From NCBI GenBank assembly GCA_963734685.1, contig CAVTIC010000001.1, forward strand, positions 270,417 through 334,416: DNA of 64,000 bases, given 5' to 3'. Of the stretch, positions 46,474 through 56,549 are shown piece after piece (the first letter of the stretch is position 1; the number at the start of each line of letters is the position of its first letter). Under the pieces are notes generated by a model that did not search any database, had not been told where the DNA came from, and saw only the letters and a program-made list of their open reading frames with translations. A program made the translations under genes and the position numbers. The stretch comes from an uncultured Actinomycetes bacterium. Its GTDB lineage: Bacteria; Actinomycetota; UBA4738; HRBIN12.

Positions 46474-47895
46474 GTGGACCCGGTGCCCGATCTCGGCCGC
46501 AGTTGGTGGCTCCGTGAGGCCATGGCCCGACCGGAGTTCGCCGGCGACCCGGCCCCGGCGCTGCGCGGCGACACCACCGCCGACGTGGTGATCCTCGGAG
46601 GCGGCTACACCGGCATGTGGACGGCGTGGTTCCTGACCGAGCGAGCACCGGGTATCGACGTGGTGCTGCTCGAGCAAGACATCTGTGGAGGCGGACCGAG
46701 CGGACGCAACGGTGGCTTCTGCCACGGATGGTGGGGCCACGTCGGGGACCTCGTGGGCACGTTCGGCGACGACGGCGCCTTGTCGTTGCTCGAGGCGGTC
46801 GCGCCCTCCCCGGCCGAGATCGGGGCGTGGTGCGAGGACAACGACGTCGACGGGTGGTTCCGGATCGGCGGCGACCTCGCCGTCGCGACGAACCCACACC
46901 ACGACGGTCGCTGGGACTCGACCGCGCGCGCGGCCGAACGACTGGGCGTGGGCGAGCACTATCGGGTGCTCAGCGCGGAGGAGGTGCGAACGAGGTGCGC
47001 CTCGCCTACCTTCCGCGGCGGCCTGCTGGTCTCCGACGGAGCAACCGTGCAGCCCGCGCGCCTCGCCAGAGGCCTGCGGCGGGTCCTGATGCAACGTGGC
47101 CTCCGCATCTTCGAACGCACGCCGGTCTCGAGGTTCGGATCGGGCAGTCCGACGATCGCCGAGACGCCGAGCGGCACCGTGCGGGCCGGCCACGCGGTGA
47201 TCGCGCTCGGTGCGTGGGCGACGACGTGGAAGCGATTCCGCCCGCTGCTCACGATCCGCGGGTCGTTCATGGTGATCACGGAGCCGGCCCCCGATCGCCT
47301 CGCCGCCCTCGGCTGGACCGGGGGCGAGGCGGTTCGGGACCTGCGCTCGTCGATCCATTACCTGCGTACGACCCCCGACGGCAGGATCGCGTTCGGGCTC
47401 GGCGGGCTGCAGCGTGGGCTCGCGAGACGCGTGGTGCCCTCGATGGCATTCGACGGGTCGTTCGTTCGCAAGACCGCCGAAGATCTCGTGCAGATGTTCC
47501 CGACATTCGCCGACGTGCCACTGGAGGCGGGATGGGGAGGGCCGATCAACGTCTCCGGACTGACGATGCCATTCTTCGGCACGAGCGGCGGGCATGAGAA
47601 CGTCCATCACGGTCTCGGGTACACCGGCAACGGGGTCGGCCCGTCGCACCTCGGGGGCAAGATCCTGGCGGGCCTCGCCCTCGGCGCCGACGACGCCCTC
47701 ACCCGGTTGCCGGTGGTCACGCACGAGCCCAAGCGGTTCCCACCAGAGCCGGTCCGGTCCCCGGGGATGCTCGTCTCGAACGCCGCGATCTGGCGCACGG
47801 ACGACCTCGAGGACGCGGACCGGGACGCCGACCCGGTGACGCGCTTCGTCGCCACCATGCCCAGACGCCTTGGCTATACCCTTGGACCCCGATGA
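46474..47895 (+). CDS. FAD-dependent oxidoreductase (DAO family; PuuB/glycine-oxidase-like), paralog 1 (start uncertain)
   Basis: [17 protein letters not shown] dinucleotide motif. 60–70% identical in blocks to the downstream paralog. Conserved SWWLREA lies upstream of the first ATG, so a GTG at 46474 was chosen. The stop overlaps the next ATG (ATGA). Confidence 0.6.
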   Translation: MDPVPDLGRSWWLREAMARPEFAGDPAPALRGDTTADVVILGGGYTGMWTAWFLTERAPGIDVVLLEQDICGGGPSGRNGGFCHGWWGHVGDLVGTFGDDGALSLLEAVAPSPAEIGAWCEDNDVDGWFRIGGDLAVATNPHHDGRWDSTARAAERLGVGEHYRVLSAEEVRTRCASPTFRGGLLVSDGATVQPARLARGLRRVLMQRGLRIFERTPVSRFGSGSPTIAETPSGTVRAGHAVIALGAWATTWKRFRPLLTIRGSFMVITEPAPDRLAALGWTGGEAVRDLRSSIHYLRTTPDGRIAFGLGGLQRGLARRVVPSMAFDGSFVRKTAEDLVQMFPTFADVPLEAGWGGPINVSGLTMPFFGTSGGHENVHHGLGYTGNGVGPSHLGGKILAGLALGADDALTRLPVVTHEPKRFPPEPVRSPGMLVSNAAIWRTDDLEDADRDADPVTRFVATMPRRLGYTLGPR

Positions 47896-49334
47896 GCACC
47901 GCCACCGACTCCTCCCTCCCATCGCTGCCGCCAGACGACGGCCGGAGCTGGTGGCTCCGCGAAGCCCTGGCCCATCCGGAATTCATCGGAGACGAGACGC
48001 GACGCCTCGAGGATGACATCAGCGCCGACGTCGTGATCCTCGGCGGCGGCTACACGGGGCTGTGGGCCGCCTACCACCTCAAGCGGCTCGACCCCGGCGT
48101 CGACGTGGTCGTGCTCGAGCAGGACATCTGTGGCGGTGGTCCGAGCGGTCGCAACGGCGGCTTCGTGAACGGCTACTGGAGCGATCTGCCTCACCTCACG
48201 CACGTCTTCGGCGACGCGACGGCGCTCCGGCTCTGCCGCGCGGCCGAGGCGAGCGTCGAGGCGATCGGTGCCTTCTGCAGCGAGCACGGCGTCGACGCGT
48301 GGTACCGGGCCGACGGCGACCTCATGGTGGCCGCGTCGGAGGCGCAGATCGGGGCGTGGGGCGACCTCGTCATCACCGCGGAGCGACTTGGCCTCGCCGA
48401 TGACTTCGACGTGCTCTCAGCCGAAAGGGTGCGTGCGCTCGTCGACTGCCCGGTGTTCCGAGGCGGCGTCGCCGGGCGCTACGGCGCCACGGTGCAGCCT
48501 GCGCGCTTGGCCAGAGGCCTGCGCCGGGTCGTGATGGACATGGGCGTTCGCGTGCACGAACGGACCCCGGTCACCCGTTTCGGCGTCGGCTCTCCGTCCG
48601 TGGCCGAAACCCCGGCGGGCACCGTGCGCGCCGGCGCCGCCGTGATCGCTCTGAACGCCTGGGTCGCTCGATGGAGACGATTCCGCCGAGTCATCACCGT
48701 GCGCGGCAGTTACATCGTGCTGACCGCCCCGGCCCCGGAGCGCATCGAGGAGATCGGCTGGACGAACGGCGCGGGGCTCTCCGACTACCGCTCCGCACTG
48801 CACTACGTGCGGACGACGCCCGACGGCCGCATCGCGTTCGGGATCGGCGGCATGCAGCCGAACCTCGCACGCTCGATCGGTCCGAGGTTCGCCTACGATG
48901 AAGCCGCGATCCGGGTCGCCACCGCCGACCTGCACCGCATGTTCCCGAACTTCGCCGACGTGCCGATCGAGGCCGGCTGGGGAGGTCCGATCGACGTGTC
49001 GGGCACACACCTGCCGTTCTTCGGAACCCTCGACGGCGGCACGGTGCACTATGGGTTCGGCTACACGGGGAACGGGGTCGGTCCGGCGCACCTCGGCGGA
49101 CGCATCCTGGCCTCCCGGAGCCTCGGCCGCTACGACGAGGTGCTCGAACTGCCGATCGTGGACACCGATCCGCTCAGGTTCCCGCCCGAGCCGATCCGCT
49201 CGCCCGGAGCGTTGATCGCGAACCACGCGATCCGGCACAAGGACGATCTGGAGGATCTCGGCGAGCAGCCCAATCCGATCGTCGACTTCGTCGCGAAGCT
49301 CCCGCGGCGCCTCGGCTACAACTTAGGCCCGTAG
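47892..49334 (+). CDS. FAD-dependent oxidoreductase (DAO family), paralog 2
   Basis: [17 protein letters not shown]; collinear with paralog 1 throughout. Confidence 0.75.
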   Translation: MSTATDSSLPSLPPDDGRSWWLREALAHPEFIGDETRRLEDDISADVVILGGGYTGLWAAYHLKRLDPGVDVVVLEQDICGGGPSGRNGGFVNGYWSDLPHLTHVFGDATALRLCRAAEASVEAIGAFCSEHGVDAWYRADGDLMVAASEAQIGAWGDLVITAERLGLADDFDVLSAERVRALVDCPVFRGGVAGRYGATVQPARLARGLRRVVMDMGVRVHERTPVTRFGVGSPSVAETPAGTVRAGAAVIALNAWVARWRRFRRVITVRGSYIVLTAPAPERIEEIGWTNGAGLSDYRSALHYVRTTPDGRIAFGIGGMQPNLARSIGPRFAYDEAAIRVATADLHRMFPNFADVPIEAGWGGPIDVSGTHLPFFGTLDGGTVHYGFGYTGNGVGPAHLGGRILASRSLGRYDEVLELPIVDTDPLRFPPEPIRSPGALIANHAIRHKDDLEDLGEQPNPIVDFVAKLPRRLGYNLGP

Positions 49335-49410
49335 CGGCGGCCACGAGTTAGGCCCGTAGCGGCGGCCACGAGTTAGGCCCGTAGCGGCGGCCACGAGTTG
49401 GGCCCGTAGG
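49323..49410. repeat. 25-bp tandem repeat x3.5 (ttaggcccgtagcggcggccacgag) overlapping the stop codon of the upstream gene
   Basis: Three perfect units plus a degenerate fourth, read directly. It lies at the 3' end of paralog 2 and upstream of the FNT gene. Confidence 0.8.
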
Positions 49411-49484
49411 GTCCCGCCCCGTCCCGCGGCTCCAGGGACCTCCGCCCGTTCGCGGATGGGCTCCGGGAGAGGCAGGATACGGGC

Positions 49485-50342
49485 ATGAGCTCGAAACCCG
49501 CGGCACCTGCACACCCGATGTCCGGCATGGACGCCTTCGCTCCGGCCGAGATCGCCGCGCTCGTCGAGACGCGCGGGGTGTCCAAGGCGAACGCCCCCTT
49601 CGTATCCACCTTCGTCCTCGGCGTGCTCGCGGGCGCCTTCATCGCGCTCGGAGCTGTGCTGTCGACTATCATCGGCACGGGCTCCGAGCTCGGCTTCGGC
49701 ATCACGCGGTGGCTGGCGGGCATCGGGTTCTCGCTCGGGCTGATCCTGGTGATCGTCGCCGGCGCCGAACTGTTCACGGGCAACAACCTGATCGTGATGA
49801 GCGTGGTGAGCGGCAAGGTGCCGGTCGCCCGCCTCCTGCGCAACTGGGCGATCGTCTACGTCGGCAACTTCGTCGGCGCCGTGTCGGTCGCCGTGTTCGT
49901 ATGGCTCGGCGATTGGGGGGGCCAGGACGACGGCGCGGTCGGCGCCACGGCCCTCGGTGTCGCGGCCGCGAAGGCCAGCCTCCCCTTCTGGATCGTGTTC
50001 TGGCGAGCCGTGCTCGCGAACGCGCTGGTCTGTCTCGCCGTGTGGCTCGCGACGGGCGGTCGCACGATCGTCGACAAGGTCTTCGCGATCGTCTTCCCGA
50101 TCAGCGCCTTCGTGGCCTCCGGCTTCGAGCACTCGGTCGCGAACATGTACTTCATCCCGGTGGGACTGCTGCTGGAGCGTGACGTGCCCGATGCGACGAC
50201 CGACCCGGCGCTCGCCGGGCTCGACCTCGCGGGGTTCGGCACGAACCTCGCGGCGGCGACGATCGGCAACGTCATCGGCGGCGCCGTCCTCGTCGGACTC
50301 GTCTACTGGTTCGTGTACCTGCGGCCGAAGCGGGAGACTTAG
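49485..50342 (+). CDS. formate/nitrite transporter (FNT) family channel
   Basis: Six TM helices with FNT signatures (…AGAELFTGNNL…, …FVASGFEHSVANMYF…). Confidence 0.8.
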   Translation: MSSKPAAPAHPMSGMDAFAPAEIAALVETRGVSKANAPFVSTFVLGVLAGAFIALGAVLSTIIGTGSELGFGITRWLAGIGFSLGLILVIVAGAELFTGNNLIVMSVVSGKVPVARLLRNWAIVYVGNFVGAVSVAVFVWLGDWGGQDDGAVGATALGVAAAKASLPFWIVFWRAVLANALVCLAVWLATGGRTIVDKVFAIVFPISAFVASGFEHSVANMYFIPVGLLLERDVPDATTDPALAGLDLAGFGTNLAAATIGNVIGGAVLVGLVYWFVYLRPKRET

Positions 50343-51260
50343 GTGGCGGCGATCATCGAGGCTGCGACCCTCACCAAGCGATACGGATCCTCCCGAGGCG
50401 TCGAGGAGCTCACGTTCGAGGTGACCGAGGGCGAGGTGTTCGGGTTCCTGGGACCGAACGGGGCCGGCAAGACGACGACGATCCGCACGATGCTCGACTT
50501 CATCCGCCCCACGACCGGCTCGATCCGGATCTTCGGCTTGGACCCGCGCGTGGAAGGGATCCGTGTGCACGCGCGAGTCGGCTACCTGCCCGGCGAGCTC
50601 GCCCTGTACGAGCGCATGACGGGCGAGGACTACCTGCGCACGTTCGCGTCGCTGCGAGGTGGGGTGGATCTGGCGCACGTGCACCGATCGGCCGAGCGCC
50701 TGCAGCTCGACCTCACCAGGAAGATCAAGGCTCTGTCGCACGGCAACAAGCAGAAGGTCGGACTCGTGCAGGCGTTCATGCACCGCCCCGACCTGCTGAT
50801 CCTCGACGAGCCGACGCAGGGACTCGACCCGCTGGTGCAGCAGACCTTCTACGCCATGCTCGAGGAGGAGCGTGTCCGGGGAGCGACCGTGTTCCTGTCG
50901 TCGCACGTGATGCCCGAGGTCGAGCGTGTCTGCGACCGGGTGGCGATCGTTCGGGAAGGCCGGCTCGTGGCGGTGGAGGACGTTGGGGCGCTGAAGGCGC
51001 ACGCGCTCCGCCGGATCGAGCTGCACTTCGATGCACCGGTCCCGGCCGGCGCCTTCGCCGACCTGCCGAGCGTTCGATCGGTCGAGACGCACGGCGACGA
51101 GGTCTCCCTCGCGATCGAGGGTCCGCTCGACGCCGTCATCAAGCAGGCGTCCCGGTTCACCGTGGTGAACATCGAGACCCGGGAGCCGAGCCTCGAGGAC
51201 CTGTTCCTCACCTACTTCCGGGCTGACGGCGCCGACCCCGACCGGGGTGAGACGCCGTGA
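50343..51260 (+). CDS. ABC transporter ATP-binding protein
   Basis: Walker A GPNGAGKTT, signature LSHGNKQK, Walker B LLILDEPT. GTG start abuts the FNT stop. Confidence 0.8.
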   Translation: MAAIIEAATLTKRYGSSRGVEELTFEVTEGEVFGFLGPNGAGKTTTIRTMLDFIRPTTGSIRIFGLDPRVEGIRVHARVGYLPGELALYERMTGEDYLRTFASLRGGVDLAHVHRSAERLQLDLTRKIKALSHGNKQKVGLVQAFMHRPDLLILDEPTQGLDPLVQQTFYAMLEEERVRGATVFLSSHVMPEVERVCDRVAIVREGRLVAVEDVGALKAHALRRIELHFDAPVPAGAFADLPSVRSVETHGDEVSLAIEGPLDAVIKQASRFTVVNIETREPSLEDLFLTYFRADGADPDRGETP

Positions 51261-52051
51261 CCGGATTGCTCGCGAAGGCCGCGAGGGACCAGCGCCGAGG
51301 CCTGATCGGCTGGGGCATCGGGGTGGCGGCGGTCGTGCTGATGTACGCAGCCTTCTACCCGAGCATCAAAGAGAGCGCCGCCGAGTTGCAGGCCTACCTC
51401 GACAACCTCCCCGAGGCGATCCGCAACATCGTCGCGACGCAGGACTACACGTCGCCGTCCGGCTACCTCCAGAGCGAGTTCTTCAATTCGATGGGACCCC
51501 TCGTGGTGCTGATCTTCGCGATCGGCGCGGGCTCACGGGCGATCGCGGGCGAGGAAGAGGCGGGCACCCTCGACCTGCTGCTCTCCACGCCCGTGCGGCG
51601 CCGCCAGGTGCTCGCGACCAAGGCGGCCGCGATCCTCGTGGCCGCGACGGCGCTGGGAGCGGTCGCCGCCGTCGCGATCGGCGTGTTCGGACCGCTCTTC
51701 GACCTGTCGGTCGCGATCGGCGACGTGCTCGCCGCATGCGTGATGCTTGCGCTGCTCGGCATCGCGTTCGGCGCGATCGCTTTCGCGGTCGGCGCCGCGA
51801 CCGGGCACCGCGCGATCGCGAACGCCGTCGCGGGTGGCCTCGCCGTGGTCTCCTTCATCGTGCACGCGATCGGGCCCACGGTGGACTGGGTGCAGCCCCT
51901 GCGGCCGCTCTCACCCTTCCGTTGGTACCAGGAGCCGAGCGTGCTCACCGGAGGCGTGCACGTGGCGAACCTGGCCGTGCTGGCCGGCATCGCGCTCGTC
52001 TGCTACGCGATCGCGTTCGTGACGTTCGACCGGCGCGATCTCGCGACCTAG
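51257..52051 (+). CDS. ABC-2-type transporter permease
   Basis: Six TM helices. GTGA overlap with the ATPase gene. Confidence 0.65.
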   Translation: MTGLLAKAARDQRRGLIGWGIGVAAVVLMYAAFYPSIKESAAELQAYLDNLPEAIRNIVATQDYTSPSGYLQSEFFNSMGPLVVLIFAIGAGSRAIAGEEEAGTLDLLLSTPVRRRQVLATKAAAILVAATALGAVAAVAIGVFGPLFDLSVAIGDVLAACVMLALLGIAFGAIAFAVGAATGHRAIANAVAGGLAVVSFIVHAIGPTVDWVQPLRPLSPFRWYQEPSVLTGGVHVANLAVLAGIALVCYAIAFVTFDRRDLAT

Positions 52052-52065
52052 GAGCCCTCCCTCGC

Positions 52066-53460
52066 TCACTCAGCATCGCCGAACGGCGTGAACCCGGGCG
52101 CCGTCAGCGGCCAGGGATGGGCGGCCTCCCAGGCGGCCCCGACCGCGAGGACCATGTCGTCCGCGAATCGCGGACCGGTGACCTGCATACCGAACGGCAC
52201 CCCGTTCGGCGAGACCCCCGCCGGCACCGAGAGCGCCGGGTGTCCAGTGATGTTCGCGGCCTGGGTGTTATAGGCGTCGGCAGGTGAGGAGGCGGCATCC
52301 TCGCCTGGGGAACGACCGTCGGCGTAGAAGCCCTCCACGCACATCGTCGGCGACACCAGCACCGTTGCAGGCTCGAGCAGCTCGTCGAGCGCGCGCGTAT
52401 ACGCGAAGCGACGGCGGCGCGCCGCGAGGTAGTCGTCGATCGAGAGGGAGGCGGCGATCTCGAGCGCGCCGCGCAGGTAGGGCGTGAGGTCGTCGTCTCG
52501 CTCGGCGACGAGGTCGCGGCCGATCCACGCGAGCTCCTCGACGGCCGCGGTCGTGAACCAGTCGTCGTCGATCGACCCGGGGAACGGCGGATCGACGCGC
52601 TCGACGGGGAGCCCGATGGCGGCTTCGAGCGCGACGAGCGCCTGGTCGAACAGCGCAGCGATCGGTCCGGGCAGCGGGCCGTAGTCGACCATGCGCGGTG
52701 TTGCGAGCATCCGAGAAGGCCAGGCGTCGAGCCGTGCGGACCACGAGGGCAGCGCGGTCGGATCGCCGCTCACCGGTCCCCGCAGCACGTCGAGGAGCAG
52801 GCGCGCATCCGCCACGCTGGTCGCCAACGGTCCCTTGGTCGACAGGTCGATCCACGAGGGTGTCGGATCGCGCCCGATCATGCCGTTCGTCGGCTTCAGG
52901 CCGACGAGCCCGCAGAACGCCGCCGGGATGCGGATCGAGCCGCCGCCGTCGGTGCCGGTGGCGAGCGGCGCCATGCCTGCCGCGAGCGCCGCGCCGCTGC
53001 CCCCGCTCGATCCGCCGGGCGACCAGTCGAGCGCCCACGGATCGTGGGTCTCGCCGAACAGTCGGTTCGACGTGAAGCCCTCGAACGCGAATTCCGGGAG
53101 GTTCGTCTTGCCGACGACGATCGCCCCGGCGGCACGGAGTCGCGAGACCGCCTCGCAGTCGACCGCCGCGGGCTGTGCGTCCGCCCGCAGCAACGAGCCG
53201 AAGGTCGTCGGCAACCCGGCCGCGTCTTCGTTGTCCTTGACGAGCAGTGGCAAACCGGCGAGCGGTCCCAGGTCCTCGCCCGCCTCGACCCGGGCATCGA
53301 TCGCTGCCGCGTCGGCGAATGCCCCGTCGCCCCGGGTTCGCACGACCGCATTGATCGGTCCGTCGAGTCGCTCGATGCGTCCGAGCGACTCGGCGACCAG
53401 CGACTCGGCGGCGACCCGACCCTCCCGGACGGCGGCGGCCAGGTCGGCGAGTCCGCTCAC
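52066..53460 (-). CDS. amidase (amidase-signature family)
   Basis: GGSSGGSGAALA signature and the Ser-cisSer-Lys region (…KDNEDAAGLPTTFGS…). GTG start overlaps the stop of the upstream gene (GTGA). Confidence 0.8.
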   Translation of the reverse strand: MSGLADLAAAVREGRVAAESLVAESLGRIERLDGPINAVVRTRGDGAFADAAAIDARVEAGEDLGPLAGLPLLVKDNEDAAGLPTTFGSLLRADAQPAAVDCEAVSRLRAAGAIVVGKTNLPEFAFEGFTSNRLFGETHDPWALDWSPGGSSGGSGAALAAGMAPLATGTDGGGSIRIPAAFCGLVGLKPTNGMIGRDPTPSWIDLSTKGPLATSVADARLLLDVLRGPVSGDPTALPSWSARLDAWPSRMLATPRMVDYGPLPGPIAALFDQALVALEAAIGLPVERVDPPFPGSIDDDWFTTAAVEELAWIGRDLVAERDDDLTPYLRGALEIAASLSIDDYLAARRRRFAYTRALDELLEPATVLVSPTMCVEGFYADGRSPGEDAASSPADAYNTQAANITGHPALSVPAGVSPNGVPFGMQVTGPRFADDMVLAVGAAWEAAHPWPLTAPGFTPFGDAE

Positions 53461-55133
53461 CGACGACCCATCCGGCCGCGGGCCGTCTCGATCGCCGCTG
53501 CGACACGCTCCCCGGCGTCGTTCAGCCGGTCCTCGAGGTTCAGGTGCACCTTGCGCGCATCCCTCAGGACGACGGTCGACGCGTTGCGTCCGGTCACGCC
53601 CATCACACCGCCACCCGGATGGGTGCCGGCGCCGCACAGGTACAGGCCCGCGATCGGCGTTCGGTGGTCCCCGTAGAACGGGATCGGGCGGAACGAGAAC
53701 ATCTGGTCGGGCGTCAGCTCCCCCTGCATGATGTTGCCGCCCACGAGCCCCGTGCGCGCCTCGATGTCGGGCGGGACCAGCACCTCCATCTGCTCGACCA
53801 GGTCACCGAACCCGGGCGCCACGGTCTCGAACTCGGCGATCACGCGGTTCCCGTAGGCCTCGCGCTCGGTCTCCCATGACCCCTCGCGGAGCGCATACGG
53901 CCCCCATTGGCTGAACCCGATCACGATGTGCTTCCCGTCGGGGGCGAGCCCCGCCGGCTCGTGTGCGGTGGGGAAGACGATCTCCGTGTAGGGGTGTTCG
54001 CTCGCACGCCCGTACTTCGCGTCGTCGAAGGCGCGCTCCAGATACTCCATCGACGGCGAGGTCGCGACGAGCCCCTTGTGCACGTCGCCCTGCTGATCCC
54101 AGCTGGGGAACGTCGGCAGCCCCGACATCGCCAGGTGCACCTTCACCGAGCCGCTGCGCGAACGGTACCGTTCGATGTCGCGCACCACATCGTCGGGGAG
54201 CTGATGACGACCGACGAGATCGAGGTAGGTCGTCCTCGGGTGCGCGTTCGACACGACCTGCTTCGCGCGTACGAGCGACCCGTCGTCGAGCTCCACGCCC
54301 ACCGCCCGGCTCGAGGAGTTGATGGACACCCGCGCCACATGCTGGCCCGTGCGCACCTCGGCCCCGGCGGACTCGGCCGCTCGCCGCATCGCCTGACTGA
54401 CCCCGCCCATGCCGCCCTTCACCCAGCCCCACGCGCCGAAGTGGCCGTCGATCTCGCCGATCCAGTGGTGCATCAGCGTGTACGCGGAACCGGGTGTCAT
54501 CGGGCCGCCCCAGGCCCCGACGACAGCCTGCGTCGCCAGCGCGCCCTTCACGCGATCGTCCTCGAACCACTCGTCGAGGAAGTCTGCCGCGCTCATCGTG
54601 AACAACCGCACGAGCTCGTGGATGTCGCGCCCCGTCCATCCGCGGAATCGCGCGCCCGTGCGCGCCCAGTTGAGCACCTCACCGAGCCGCAGGTTCGGCG
54701 GCACCACGAACAGGAGCGCCTTCATGAGCTCCGCGATGTGCTCGAAGTACGTATCGAACGCGACCCACGCCCGGGCGTCGTGCTTCGAGAGCCTCCCGAT
54801 GTTCTCCGCGTCGCGCCGCAGGTCGCCCCAGAGGGTCAGCGAGGTGCCGTCGGGGAACGGCACGAAGTAGTCGGGAGTGATGATGGAGACCTCGTAGCCG
54901 AATCGCTTCAGCTCCAGCTCCTCGACGATGCGGTCGGGCATCAGCGAGACCACGTACGAGTTGGTCGAGATGCGGTAGCCGGGGAACGACTCCTCGGTCA
55001 CGGCAGCACCGCCGACGACGTCCCGCCGCTCGAGGACGAGCACGTCGAGCCCTGCCTTCGCGAGGTAGATCGCGCACGCGAGGCCGTTGTGGCCGCCGCC
55101 GACGATGACGACGTCGCGCTCGTTGCCCGTCAT
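53457..55133 (-). CDS. FAD/NAD(P)-binding oxidoreductase of the phytoene-desaturase (CrtI-like) family
   Basis: DVVIVGGGHNGLACAIYLAKAG N-terminal motif and a C-terminal …GLYLCGAGTHPGGGV…. Confidence 0.75.
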   Translation of the reverse strand: MTGNERDVVIVGGGHNGLACAIYLAKAGLDVLVLERRDVVGGAAVTEESFPGYRISTNSYVVSLMPDRIVEELELKRFGYEVSIITPDYFVPFPDGTSLTLWGDLRRDAENIGRLSKHDARAWVAFDTYFEHIAELMKALLFVVPPNLRLGEVLNWARTGARFRGWTGRDIHELVRLFTMSAADFLDEWFEDDRVKGALATQAVVGAWGGPMTPGSAYTLMHHWIGEIDGHFGAWGWVKGGMGGVSQAMRRAAESAGAEVRTGQHVARVSINSSSRAVGVELDDGSLVRAKQVVSNAHPRTTYLDLVGRHQLPDDVVRDIERYRSRSGSVKVHLAMSGLPTFPSWDQQGDVHKGLVATSPSMEYLERAFDDAKYGRASEHPYTEIVFPTAHEPAGLAPDGKHIVIGFSQWGPYALREGSWETEREAYGNRVIAEFETVAPGFGDLVEQMEVLVPPDIEARTGLVGGNIMQGELTPDQMFSFRPIPFYGDHRTPIAGLYLCGAGTHPGGGVMGVTGRNASTVVLRDARKVHLNLEDRLNDAGERVAAAIETARGRMGRR

Positions 55134-55217
55134 GCGGCGAAGGGTATCGGTGGCGCCCTCGCCCAGACAACGACCTCACGGGTGGAAGACCCGTCCTGAC
55201 CGCTAGGCTGCCGCGTC

Positions 55218-56504
55218 ATGGATGCCGACGTGGTCGTGATCGGGGGCGGCTTCGCGGGACTCGTTGCCGCGCGGGACCTGCGGAACGCGGGCCGATCGGT
55301 GGTCGTGCTGGAGGCCAGGACACGACTCGGCGGCCGCACGTGGTACCGCGAGATCCCCGGCACCGGCGTCATGGCCGAGTACGGAGGCACGTGGTTCTTC
55401 CGCGACTCGCAGACCGCGCTCGCGGAGGAGATCGAGCGGTACCGGGTCGCGGTGACCCCGTCGATGCCGACCACACGGTTCACCTGGCTCGCCGACGGCG
55501 TGCTCCGCACGGGCGAGGACGCGGTCCGCGCTGCTGCTGAAGCCGCGGCGGCGGACGGCGCGCTCGACGACGCCGTCGCCCGGATCGCCGACGCGATCGA
55601 GACGAACCGAGGGATCGACGTCGTCGACCTCGACGTGCCCGTCACGGCATGGCTCGATGCCGTCGGGGCCTCGCCGGAGACCGAGGCGTTCATCAACGCC
55701 TACACCGCGGTCATGGGAGGTGGCGAACCGCACCGGATCTCGATGCTCGGCATGCTGCTCGATGCGGCCGAGGGTGGCTACCGCTTCGACGACGTCCTCG
55801 GCGGGTCCGGCGAATGCCTCACCGACGGCACCGCGAGTCTGGTGGACGCCATCGCCGCCGACGCGGGGGCGGACATCCGCGTGTCGAGCCCTGTGGTGCG
55901 TGTGCGTCAGGAGGCCGACGGCGTTTCGATCGACATCGCGGGAGGCGGGCGTGTGCGCGCCCTGGCCGCGGTCGTCGCCCTGCCGCTGCATGTGTGGGTC
56001 GACGTCGCATTCGATCCTCCGCTGCCCGAGGCGAAGCGTCGAGCGGCGGTGTCGGGACACGGTGGGGCGACCACGAAGATCCTCGCGATCACCGAGGGCG
56101 TGCCCGAGGGCTTCCTCGCGATCGGCTGGCCCGCGGACATGCAGGGCGTCGTCGGGGGCCCCGAGGTGCCCGGTGGGCGCCTCGTCACCGGCTTCTCCGG
56201 CACGCGGACGATCCGCATCGACGATCGAGCGGCAGCGGAACGAGCGATCCGCGCCTATCTGCCCGATGCGCGGGTCGTCGCCTCCGGCGGCACCGACTGG
56301 GTCACCGACGCCTACTCGAAGAGCACGTGGTTCGCACCGCTCCCCGGGTGGTACGCCGAGGACACACGGGCCAGGTCGTGCCTCGAAGGGCGACTCGCGT
56401 TCGCAGGTTCCGACATCGCATCGGTGGGCGCCGGCTGGATCGAGGGCGCCGTGCGGAGCGGAAGGGACGCGGCCGCGGACGTCGTGAGGCTGCTCGCAGG
56501 CTGA
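55218..56504 (+). CDS. flavin-containing amine oxidase
   Basis: DVVVIGGGFAGLVAARDL…VLEARTRLGGR… amine-oxidase N-terminus. Confidence 0.75.
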   Translation: MDADVVVIGGGFAGLVAARDLRNAGRSVVVLEARTRLGGRTWYREIPGTGVMAEYGGTWFFRDSQTALAEEIERYRVAVTPSMPTTRFTWLADGVLRTGEDAVRAAAEAAAADGALDDAVARIADAIETNRGIDVVDLDVPVTAWLDAVGASPETEAFINAYTAVMGGGEPHRISMLGMLLDAAEGGYRFDDVLGGSGECLTDGTASLVDAIAADAGADIRVSSPVVRVRQEADGVSIDIAGGGRVRALAAVVALPLHVWVDVAFDPPLPEAKRRAAVSGHGGATTKILAITEGVPEGFLAIGWPADMQGVVGGPEVPGGRLVTGFSGTRTIRIDDRAAAERAIRAYLPDARVVASGGTDWVTDAYSKSTWFAPLPGWYAEDTRARSCLEGRLAFAGSDIASVGAGWIEGAVRSGRDAAADVVRLLAG

Positions 56505-56549
56505 GGACGCACCGCGCCGCCCGGCTCGGGTAGATCGTTGACCGCGCAA

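Noticed and set aside
44680-47922. 1080-aa minus-strand ORF read-through
   Set aside because: Only the C-terminal 562 aa (ilvD, with its own RBS) is real. The upstream 500 aa is antisense to the FAD-oxidase gene and is Arg/Gly-rich.
49323-49410. Possibility that the 25-bp repeat is a CRISPR/MITE
   Set aside because: It has no spacers, no terminal inverted repeats or target-site duplications, and only 3.5 copies.
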